Source: Methanomethylovorans sp.
GTDB lineage: Archaea > Halobacteriota > Methanosarcinia > Methanosarcinales > Methanosarcinaceae
Direction: 5' to 3'
Assembly: GCA_014361205.1 (NCBI GenBank)
Contig: JACIVZ010000011.1
Span: 1-24,000, forward strand
DNA length: 24,000 nucleotides
Shown: positions 1-7,423 of the stretch, in pieces
Position numbering within the stretch: position 1 is the stretch's first letter
Layout of the letters: each line of letters starts with the position of its first letter
Program-made: the position numbers and the translations under genes
The notes under the pieces: generated by a model
Told to the model about the DNA's origin: nothing
The model's input: only the letters and a program-made list of their open reading frames with translations
The model's database searches: none

Positions 1-256
1 TAAGTATAGAGAGCTTAAGAGGAAATAATAGCCCTTGAATATTAAATAAGGCTATTACTTTTTAAATAGATTACTTTCAATTGTAGTTATTTAAAACATT
101 TTTAATTTCCTAAGAATATATATTTATCTGTTAATGTTTTTCTAAGATTGATGAATGAATATACGCTGTGTAAAATATAGTGCTGCATGAATTTTCCCCA
201 TGCAAGAGTCCTAAGAAAAGGAACAGCAAAATAAGTTAAATACTGCAGAAAAGAAC

Positions 257-985
257 TTAATCTACGAATTTTATGCTTACATCTTTCATGTTATTACGTA
301 TAGCAACATTTAGAAGAAGTGGTGTAAGAGATTCAACCATTGAGGATGCTTCAAGAGGACCAATATCCAGAGGGCGCATTCCAGGAATATCTCTTACGAG
401 ACCAAAAACAATATTTTTTGATTTTTCACAATTGCCACATACTCCAATATCATAATTAAGTTCTATATCAAGGTCTGCAAGTTTTGCAGCAGGTACTGTA
501 TGGAATGCAGACACAACCTCAGTTGCACTATCCTTAAGCAAAGAAGCAATTTCCTGTGCAGCACTTCCTATAGCTGGAGCTATGTAACAGAAATATTCTT
601 TTTTGTAATCGTCACTAAAATTCGTTGATATTTGAAGGGGAACTTCCCCTGGAACAATCATACAGGAATTCTTTTCCATAGGTACAACTATAGATATCAG
701 TATCTTACCAGCAATTCCAGGTTTTATTTGCTCAATGGTGGAGGCAACCTGAGCATATCTTATTGCAAGGAGAACCACATCTGCTTCTGCGGCTGCCTTT
801 ACATTGACATCTCCAGTTATGTCTGCCTTATAGCCATAAACTTTCAAGATATCATTATATTCAGCTGCCTTAGCCAGTGCTTTTTCTTGATTCCTTGAAC
901 CTACTATCACCTTGTGTTTCAGTCCCCACCTGAGAGCAAAACCTTTACCGATGCTACCTGTACCACCAATTATTGCAATCTTCAT
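257..985 (-). CDS. fno: F420H2:NADP+ oxidoreductase (Fno/NpdG family)
   Basis: 242-aa ORF with an N-terminal Rossmann motif (MKIAIIGGTGSIGKG). It is collinear with archaeal Fno over its full length (SAFHTVPAAKLA, GMRPLDIGPLE, VESLTPLLLN, IKF at the C-terminus). A GAGGGG RBS-like element lies just upstream of the ATG. Confidence 0.9.
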   Translation of the reverse strand: MKIAIIGGTGSIGKGFALRWGLKHKVIVGSRNQEKALAKAAEYNDILKVYGYKADITGDVNVKAAAEADVVLLAIRYAQVASTIEQIKPGIAGKILISIVVPMEKNSCMIVPGEVPLQISTNFSDDYKKEYFCYIAPAIGSAAQEIASLLKDSATEVVSAFHTVPAAKLADLDIELNYDIGVCGNCEKSKNIVFGLVRDIPGMRPLDIGPLEASSMVESLTPLLLNVAIRNNMKDVSIKFVD

Positions 986-1110
986 GATAATCCCCTCAAC
1001 AACAATATAACATTTATAAGACTAAAAAGGAAGAAACCTTTCATATGGTCTGTAAATGCACAACATATAAATGTTTCTCAGCTGTATTGCAGGATTGGAT
1101 CCTTTAAGAA

Positions 1111-1341
1111 TTAGATCCATCCTCTTTCATTCATTATAAATACACCCCGTTCAATAGCAACAAAATAAGCAGCAATTCTTATATCAACAGCTACACGCAG
1201 TTCGCGCATTAGATGTCTGAGCATTTTATGTATGTTTTCATCATGTACAAGAATGGCAGCACTTTTTAACAGCTGTTTTCTTGAATTTTCAAATGGATTT
1301 TCTAAAGCCATTAATAAAGACATTAATCTTCCTCTCTGCAT
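1111..1341 (-). pseudogene. Glutamate dehydrogenase relic: N-terminal ~45 aa joined in frame to C-terminal ~25 aa
   Basis: The 76-aa ORF starts like hexameric GDHs (ENPFENSRKQLLKSAA...LRHLMRELRV, compare NPFE..KQL..AA...L..P.R...V). It ends like the extreme GDH C-terminus (IRIAAYFVAIERGVFIMNERGWI, compare MRDAAYVVAVQRVYQAMLDRGWV of Pyrococcus-type GDH). The ~350 aa catalytic and NAD(P) core is absent. Confidence 0.55.
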
Positions 1342-1550
1342 GTAATATACTTATGTTGAAATAAGGTGAGTAATAACCTACTTCTTACTATAATTTGTTT
1401 TCTATTTTTATGATATAAAATCTGAAAATAAACATTTACACAAAACTGATATTATTCCTGCATTGAAATTATATCCCAAAAGATTGGAAAATTAAAATTA
1501 AATTATAAAACTTGATTATAATTAAACATTGAATTAAACTTTATGGGGTT

Positions 1551-1757
1551 TTAATCCTCAGCTTCAAGTGCCTGTATAATATCATTTATAGTAAGTTCAC
1601 CTCTTGCAACACGCAAGACAGTAGGATATATGAAAGAACAGTCTTCAATCTTGCTCCACCGTTCTTCACCAATGATATTCACTACTTCTGCCATTATTTT
1701 TCCACATTCATTACAATATCTGTTGGTGCTTTCAACACCACAAACAACACATTTCAT
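1551..1757 (-). CDS. Small zinc-ribbon protein (hypothetical)
   Basis: 68-aa ORF with CxxC-x9-CxxC at the N-terminus (MKCVVCGVESTNRYCNECG) and a non-repetitive acidic C-terminal half. It is flanked by AT-rich intergenic DNA. No family was recognised. Confidence 0.45.
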   Translation of the reverse strand: MKCVVCGVESTNRYCNECGKIMAEVVNIIGEERWSKIEDCSFIYPTVLRVARGELTINDIIQALEAED

Positions 1758-2093
1758 TTATTCACCTCCGCAACTGCATCCCCAACTAATGGATAATTTA
1801 CTTAGTTATTTTAACGATTTGCTTTGATATTATTTAGATTTTGAGTATCACCTCAAAACAATCAATACAAACAGAATTAATAGTACAGCTTCTAAAAGAC
1901 CTTTAGAAGTTGTTTAAGAATGCAAAGCTTTGTGTGTGTTACAAAAATAATAGGATGATATTAAAAAATGTAGCAGTGATATATCTATATTTTCAATTTT
2001 CAAGGATTTTACATGAAATGTAGCGTTATATTAATAACAGAATTCCTCATAATTCAGCGACACACATAGAATACATTTTCCAGAGGGAAAAAC

Positions 2094-3227
2094 GTGTCAG
2101 ATGATCTTTTTAACTTAAAAATTGGAAATTTATCTCTTAAAAACCCCATAGCTCTTGCATCGATGGGGGGAATAACAGATAGTATATTTGCAAATGAATT
2201 TGCAAAAGATGCCGGGCTTGTAATACTTGGTGGATATAATCTTGACACAGTAACAAATAGGGCAGCATCCGACATAATAAAGAGAGGAAGAACTGAATTC
2301 ATTTCAGAAGAACCTTTAAAACTTATAAGTAACGAACTTGAATCCATTAAAATCGGTGGCGTGGTTGCTATCAATGTAAGAAGCTGCAGCATCGAACCAC
2401 TTATCGAAGCTGCGGAGATAATTAAAAATGCAAATGCTATAATTGAAATTGACGCACACTGCAGACAACCAGAAATGACAAAAATAGGCATTGGAGAAGC
2501 ATTATTAAAAAATCTGCCGAAACTGGAGGATATTATCCATAGAATAAAAACAACTGGAGCAATAGTATCCATAAAAGTCCGTGCCAACGTAATTGACAAT
2601 ATTAAAATGGCTAAAGCAATTGAAAATGCAGGTGCAGATATACTCCACGTCGATGCAATGAAGAAAGGGGCAGGAACAGATCTTGAAGCCATCAGGAAGA
2701 TAAGAGATGCTACAAGACTTTTACTTATAGGTAACAACTCAGTAACTGATTTTAACACTGCAAAGGAAATATTTGCAAGAGGTGCAGACATAGTTTCAGT
2801 TGCAAGAGGCGTAATTGAAAATCCTTCACTTATATCACAGCTTGTAAAAGATGTGACTTCACTTCAGGAAGAAATTGGCTGGTACAATGCACCTAAACAC
2901 GTATGCAGAGGAGAAGGGGACTTGCGCGGTCTTACTTTCTGCTGTCTCCCGGTCAAGGCATGCCCAGTTCACTCAAATATAAAGAAGATAGGACTCACTG
3001 CAAAAGAATTTGCTGATATAAAAATGGAATTTGCAAAGGGAACTCCTCTCGAATATGGTGACAGTACCTGTTTTGGTAGTCTTGTCTGGTGCTGTAAGAT
3101 AACAAAAATGTGTCCTTTAAGAGATTCTGTGCTTGAAACTATAGGCCTTTCTGATGCAGAATACATGAAACTCAAAAAAGAGCTTGCAGATTACATTCTT
3201 AATCACCCAAAGGTCACAGGTAAATGA
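2094..3227 (+). CDS. DUS/DHOD-like FMN-type TIM-barrel oxidoreductase with a C-terminal duplicated Cys-rich domain
   Basis: 377-aa ORF with a GTG start. IEIDAHCRQPEMTKIGIGEALLKN resembles the dihydrouridine synthase motif IDIN.GCP...G.G.ALL. IGNNSVTDFNTAKEIFARGADIVSVARGVIENP resembles I.NGDI....A......G.DGVMIGRGA..NP. The C-terminal 110 aa carries two copies of C-x(6-11)-CC-x5-CP (Cys271/283/284/290 and Cys326/333/334/340). Confidence 0.8.
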   Translation: MSDDLFNLKIGNLSLKNPIALASMGGITDSIFANEFAKDAGLVILGGYNLDTVTNRAASDIIKRGRTEFISEEPLKLISNELESIKIGGVVAINVRSCSIEPLIEAAEIIKNANAIIEIDAHCRQPEMTKIGIGEALLKNLPKLEDIIHRIKTTGAIVSIKVRANVIDNIKMAKAIENAGADILHVDAMKKGAGTDLEAIRKIRDATRLLLIGNNSVTDFNTAKEIFARGADIVSVARGVIENPSLISQLVKDVTSLQEEIGWYNAPKHVCRGEGDLRGLTFCCLPVKACPVHSNIKKIGLTAKEFADIKMEFAKGTPLEYGDSTCFGSLVWCCKITKMCPLRDSVLETIGLSDAEYMKLKKELADYILNHPKVTGK

Positions 3228-4198
3228 AAGCAATTCAATATTCAAAAGAGAAACTTGATAAGGCTTCAAGAAAAAAGGCTGCTTCGTACGTGGCACGATG
3301 TGCACAACTTGCCATGTTGCTTGAGGTATCCGCACATCCCAAACCCGGAAATATAGACCGTGATCATGATTATGATAATACTACTTTTGAGCATTTTCTT
3401 ACATCTTCGGTTTCAGTATATCCTGTATTAGAAAAAGCTGCAAGCAGGGAGTATGGTGTTGGACAATATGTACATAAAGCCGTACTTGAAAGCATAGCCT
3501 GGCAGAAAGGAGGTAATACACATTTTGGCGCTTTTCTGCTTTTATTCCCTCTTGCAATGGCAGCTGGTAAACTTATCCGTGATCAAAAAGAGCTCACCCC
3601 TGTGAATCTAACCAAAGAAGCATTCAATATTGTCAAAGAAACAGATGTAAGAGATGCAATAAAAATCTACATGTCCTTTGAACATGCAGGTGTAAAAGTC
3701 CGCAAGGTGGATAAATACGATATGTCGAATGCAGATGCCATTGAAGAGATAAAAAAGAATTCCATCACATTATTTCAATTAATGGAAATGTCAAGTTCTT
3801 ATGATATTATTGCAAGAGAATGGATATCTTGTTTTAGACAATGTGCAGAATGTGCCCGATTAATAACCAGTGAAATGAAAGAAAATGGTATATTGACCCA
3901 TTCGGGAAACTCCAGAATAAATCATGTAATAGTCTACGCTTTTCTCAAAATGCTTGCTTATGAAAAAGACACATTTATTGAAACAAAATTCAACAGTCAA
4001 ATAGCTGAAGAAGTATCTGAAAAGGCAAAACAAATTATTTTGAAACTTCAAGAATCAGGGCACAAGATGGAAAGTATACTGGATGATGTTCATAACTTTG
4101 ACGAAGATCTTCTTGCAAGGAATATAAATCCCGGTTCAACAGCTGATATAATAATTGGTGGCCTTTTTATAGCTCTTCTTGGAGGAATGAGATTCTGA
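3224..4198 (+). CDS. Triphosphoribosyl-dephospho-CoA synthase (CitG/MdcB)-like protein
   Basis: 324-aa ORF whose ATG overlaps the upstream stop (ATGA at 3224-3227). CitG-family signatures are present: LEVSAHPKPGNIDR, GGNTHFGAFLLLFPLA, and C-terminal NPGSTADIIIGGLF. No citrate lyase or malonate decarboxylase genes are nearby. Confidence 0.85.
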   Translation: MKAIQYSKEKLDKASRKKAASYVARCAQLAMLLEVSAHPKPGNIDRDHDYDNTTFEHFLTSSVSVYPVLEKAASREYGVGQYVHKAVLESIAWQKGGNTHFGAFLLLFPLAMAAGKLIRDQKELTPVNLTKEAFNIVKETDVRDAIKIYMSFEHAGVKVRKVDKYDMSNADAIEEIKKNSITLFQLMEMSSSYDIIAREWISCFRQCAECARLITSEMKENGILTHSGNSRINHVIVYAFLKMLAYEKDTFIETKFNSQIAEEVSEKAKQIILKLQESGHKMESILDDVHNFDEDLLARNINPGSTADIIIGGLFIALLGGMRF

Positions 4199-4299
4199 AA
4201 GAGAGCAGAAAACTAAAGCTGGAGGATTTCGGACTCTTTGAAGGTATCTCTGAAACCATTGTTACCACAAGCCAGGGTCTGTCACCTAATGCAGCTCCC

Positions 4300-4788
4300 A
4301 TGGGCATCATCAGAAAGCACGACACTACACTTATACGTATTTTTAAAGGTTCAAAAACGTATAAAAACATCACGACTGACAATTTCCTTGTGGCTAATAT
4401 AACAAATGACCCACTTGCCTTTGTCAGATACACTTTTTCTGAAGTGCTGCCTGAAGATATACAAACAATTTATTCTCAGGAAAGAGAGTTTCCCGTGCTT
4501 AAAGATGCTCAAAGCTGGGTTGCTTTTGAATGCATCAACACCAAAATAACACCTTATTCACTAGTAGCAGAACTTAGACCAGTCATGGGACATGTGAACT
4601 GTTGTTACCCTAAGGCACCTAATCGGGGCTTAAATGCGTTAATCGAAGCAACAATACATGCCACTCGTTACAAAATGCATGGAGAAGAAAAATATCTGGA
4701 ACTGATAAATTTCTATGAAGATATCATTAACAAATGTGGAGGAGAGAGAGAAAAAGAAGCACTTCGGCTATTGCGTACTTATCTTTAG
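4300..4788 (+). CDS. DUF447-family (flavin-reductase-like split barrel) protein; the true 5' end is probably upstream of 4300
   Basis: 162-aa ORF from the first ATG. The same frame is open back to 4147 and encodes KLKLEDFGLFEGISETIVTTSQGLSPNAAPMGI, which matches the conserved DUF447 N-terminus (G..E.IVTT....NAAPMG). No ATG, GTG or TTG occurs in that stretch. The stop overlaps the stop of the convergent PHP gene (TTTAG, 4785-4788). Confidence 0.8.
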   Translation: MGIIRKHDTTLIRIFKGSKTYKNITTDNFLVANITNDPLAFVRYTFSEVLPEDIQTIYSQEREFPVLKDAQSWVAFECINTKITPYSLVAELRPVMGHVNCCYPKAPNRGLNALIEATIHATRYKMHGEEKYLELINFYEDIINKCGGEREKEALRLLRTYL

Positions 4789-5456
4789 TCTCGTCCCAGT
4801 ATTTTAGCAGTTCTCTTCTGTGCATTCGTAAACATCTGCTTTATAACAAATATCTTTGGTGTTTTTTTGCCCCCAGGTTTTACCTTTCCTTCCCGGATAG
4901 CATCAAGGACTGCAGATAATGACCGTTCCTTTACATCAATCTCAGTATAAGACATGCCTATCATTTCAGGTACATGACAATCACTGCCTCCAACCTGAGC
5001 AAGTCCCAGCAAAGTTGCTGTTTTACGTGCCTTGTTATTAGGACCATCTGTTAAACAGCGAGAGTTCAACACTTCCACAGCATCTACATCAAGACCTTCC
5101 ACATACCCTATACCATGAGATGTTATCTTAAAAGGATGAGGTAATATTACCACAGCATTCTGAGCTCTTGCTTGCTTAATGGTTTCGGCTGGTGACAGAC
5201 CAGGTGCTATACTTTCGTTTATACCCAGTGCCAACAGGTGACCTTCAGATGTAGTGATTTCAACACCCGGAATAATCAAAAGGTCTGAACCTAGCTCAGA
5301 CGCCCTCTGAACAGTAAATGGACCGCCTTCGATTACATCATGATCACATACAGCAAAACCGTCTAAACCATTTTTTTTGGCATAATAAATTAGAGCGTCG
5401 ATATCTGCATTACTATCTTTTGAAAAACGTGTATGGACATGCAGGTCTAACTTCAT
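4785..5456 (-). CDS. PHP-domain metal-dependent phosphoesterase
   Basis: 223-aa ORF. MKLDLHVHTRFSKDS is the PHP motif I (DLH.HT..S.D). CDHD, LPHPF and GGSDCH supply the remaining metal-ligand motifs. Confidence 0.85.
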   Translation of the reverse strand: MKLDLHVHTRFSKDSNADIDALIYYAKKNGLDGFAVCDHDVIEGGPFTVQRASELGSDLLIIPGVEITTSEGHLLALGINESIAPGLSPAETIKQARAQNAVVILPHPFKITSHGIGYVEGLDVDAVEVLNSRCLTDGPNNKARKTATLLGLAQVGGSDCHVPEMIGMSYTEIDVKERSLSAVLDAIREGKVKPGGKKTPKIFVIKQMFTNAQKRTAKILGRD

Positions 5457-5751
5457 AGTATCACATTAAAAATACATCCATATAAAATGTAGCTGTTGGT
5501 TTGATATTTTGGTTTGATAAATAGAAGAATAAATAGAAACAAAACGTATATATGGATAAAAGAGTCTTTCATCATAGAAAAGCCTTAGAAAAGACACGCG
5601 AACGGGTAAAAGGAGTTGTGTATTGGGTGGTTGGATAGGATTGGTGGTACATTTGAGAAGAGACCCGTTCGCATATATACTAACATACTCTATATTATAT
5701 AAACATATCGACAGATATACTGTCAAAAATACAAATTGTAACAAATTATGC

Positions 5752-6996
5752 TTACACTATTGAAAATGATTTCACTTTATTCATGATCTCTTCCCTTGCT
5801 TCCAGGTCTACAAGAACATGATCAGTATATTTGACAGAATGTACAATTCCTTCCTTGAACAGCCATGAGAGAACTGACATTGAGTTCTCTGAAAAAGGCA
5901 TTGATATTGTTTTCCTTTTCCATACAGGCAAGTTATGTTGTATTGCCTGTTTCAAATCGTCTATTCCTTTTAAGGTCTTTGCAGAGACATAGACAGGATT
6001 AGGAACAAGATATCCTAAAGATTCCATTTTTATATTCAGCTCTTCTTGACTGATGAGATCTGTTTTATTCATCACTGTAATAATAGATGCATGCTGTACC
6101 TGTTGCCACAGAGTATCATGACATGTGAGCAACTTGTCATGCATTACTTCCAGTGGCTCACTTGAATCTACTACAAGCAATATAATATCAGCAAGGAATA
6201 TCTCATTAAGAGTCGAGCGAAAAGCATCAATGAGCCAATGGGGTAAATCCTCTATAAAACCTACTGTATCAGTAAGTATCACTTTACGCCCCATTATGTC
6301 CATAGAACGGGTAACTGGTGCCAGAGTGGTAAACAGCATATTTGCTACAGCCACATTTTCATCCATCAGGGCATTGAATAAAGTACTTTTTCCTGCATTT
6401 GTATATCCTGCAAGTGCAACTACTGAAAATCCGTGAGAATGTCTGAAACTGCGAAGTGATTCATTCTGAATCTGTACATGACTTAGCTCATCCTTTATTC
6501 TAGCTATCCTTCCCTTGATATCTTGCTCATAAGAATCCTCATAGCCTCCCAGACCCATAAATCCTGGTCTTTCCTCTTTTTTCATATGTGATATAACAAT
6601 TCGTGCTCTTGGTATTTCATATTCCAGCCTTGCAAGTTCCACCTGTAATTTGGAACGTCGTGTGGTAGCACGTAGTGCAAAAATTTCAAGGATGAGCTGG
6701 AACTTATCAATAATTTGACATTTGCAGATCTCTGTAATATTGTACAATTGCATGCTACTTAATTCATTGAGAAAAACTACTTTTTCCGCATGAAGTGATT
6801 TTACAGCCTCTGCAAGTTCCTGAACCTTTCCCTTACCTATCTGGTATTTTTTATCCGGATAACGACACTGAATTATCTCCCCAACAACAGAATAGCCTGC
6901 AGCATGAGCCAATTCCTTCAGCTCTGCAAGCTGTCTCTTATTCTTAGACTCATCAGTGCCTTGATTTATCCTCTGTACTATAATCACTTTTTTCAT
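5752..6996 (-). CDS. hflX: GTPase HflX
   Basis: The HflX N-terminal domain is present (MKKVIIVQR...ELAHAAGYSVVG...FALRATTRRSKLQVELARLEYEIPR). G1 is GYTNAGKST and G3 is DTVGF, with NKTD downstream. The ORF track starts at 7032, but the ATG at 6996 has a GAGGAT RBS about 8 nt upstream and gives the usual N-terminus. Confidence 0.92.
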   Translation of the reverse strand: MKKVIIVQRINQGTDESKNKRQLAELKELAHAAGYSVVGEIIQCRYPDKKYQIGKGKVQELAEAVKSLHAEKVVFLNELSSMQLYNITEICKCQIIDKFQLILEIFALRATTRRSKLQVELARLEYEIPRARIVISHMKKEERPGFMGLGGYEDSYEQDIKGRIARIKDELSHVQIQNESLRSFRHSHGFSVVALAGYTNAGKSTLFNALMDENVAVANMLFTTLAPVTRSMDIMGRKVILTDTVGFIEDLPHWLIDAFRSTLNEIFLADIILLVVDSSEPLEVMHDKLLTCHDTLWQQVQHASIITVMNKTDLISQEELNIKMESLGYLVPNPVYVSAKTLKGIDDLKQAIQHNLPVWKRKTISMPFSENSMSVLSWLFKEGIVHSVKYTDHVLVDLEAREEIMNKVKSFSIV

Positions 6997-7414
6997 GTGG
7001 TATATCCTCTGTATTCGACTGATGAGCAACATTACACTTCATTTTAAGAAGTCTACGTGCACCCACAGAAATGTGGTGAGCGATCTCGATTGCCCTTCGT
7101 TCACTTAGAGACTCCTGATACTTAAAATTCCTTGAAAACATGTTTGAGACAAGAAACTGTGGTTTGTTGAACATATCTCCTGCTTCCATTACAATAGTAC
7201 TTTGAGGATTTAAGCCTGTTACTGTTTTTTCCACCATATCCACTACATCAATTAGTTCAGGTGCATTAGTGCTTTTAAAGTAACAGATATTCACATCATG
7301 TGTTTTCTCTATATGATCTGGCGAGACTGAAACTGATACAGCTGCACATACCATGAAATATTCATCATTCTCTAAATGTCTTCCAGAAATGTCCACTGCA
7401 ATAATATCAAACAT
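6953..7414 (-). CDS. Conserved-looking archaeal hypothetical protein (orf153)
   Basis: 153-aa ORF packed between endA (9-nt gap) and hflX, whose start it overlaps by 44 nt. Composition is non-repetitive, with motifs IIAVDISGRH, MEAGD and ERRAIEIAHHIS. The family is not confidently recognised; it may be a DUF2209-type archaeal protein. Confidence 0.6.
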   Translation of the reverse strand: MFDIIAVDISGRHLENDEYFMVCAAVSVSVSPDHIEKTHDVNICYFKSTNAPELIDVVDMVEKTVTGLNPQSTIVMEAGDMFNKPQFLVSNMFSRNFKYQESLSERRAIEIAHHISVGARRLLKMKCNVAHQSNTEDIPHEKSDYSTEDKSRH

Positions 7415-7423
7415 GTATATCGA

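Noticed and set aside
2054-2791. 245-aa ORF antisense to the TIM-barrel gene
   Set aside because: It lies almost entirely within a well-supported plus-strand gene. Its composition is low-complexity and rich in S, I, L and A, and it has no motifs or RBS. This is a typical shadow ORF.
5569-5575. C/D-box sRNA (ATGATGA C-box on the minus strand)
   Set aside because: No CTGA D-box or D'/C' pair lies at an appropriate distance downstream, and there is no terminal kink-turn pairing.
5598-5672. tRNA hypothesis for the 75-nt element with terminal stem (and likewise for 8660-8737)
   Set aside because: Neither strand gives a D-arm, an anticodon arm or a GTTCRAAT-type T-loop. The internal GC content is far below that of archaeal tRNAs, and the terminal stems are 8-10 bp rather than 7 bp plus a discriminator.
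5466-5744. 92-aa minus-strand ORF filling the hflX-PHP spacer
   Set aside because: It is in AT-rich intergenic DNA, has no RBS, has an implausible Tyr/Ile/Leu-rich sequence, and spans the inverted repeat. I treat it as non-coding.
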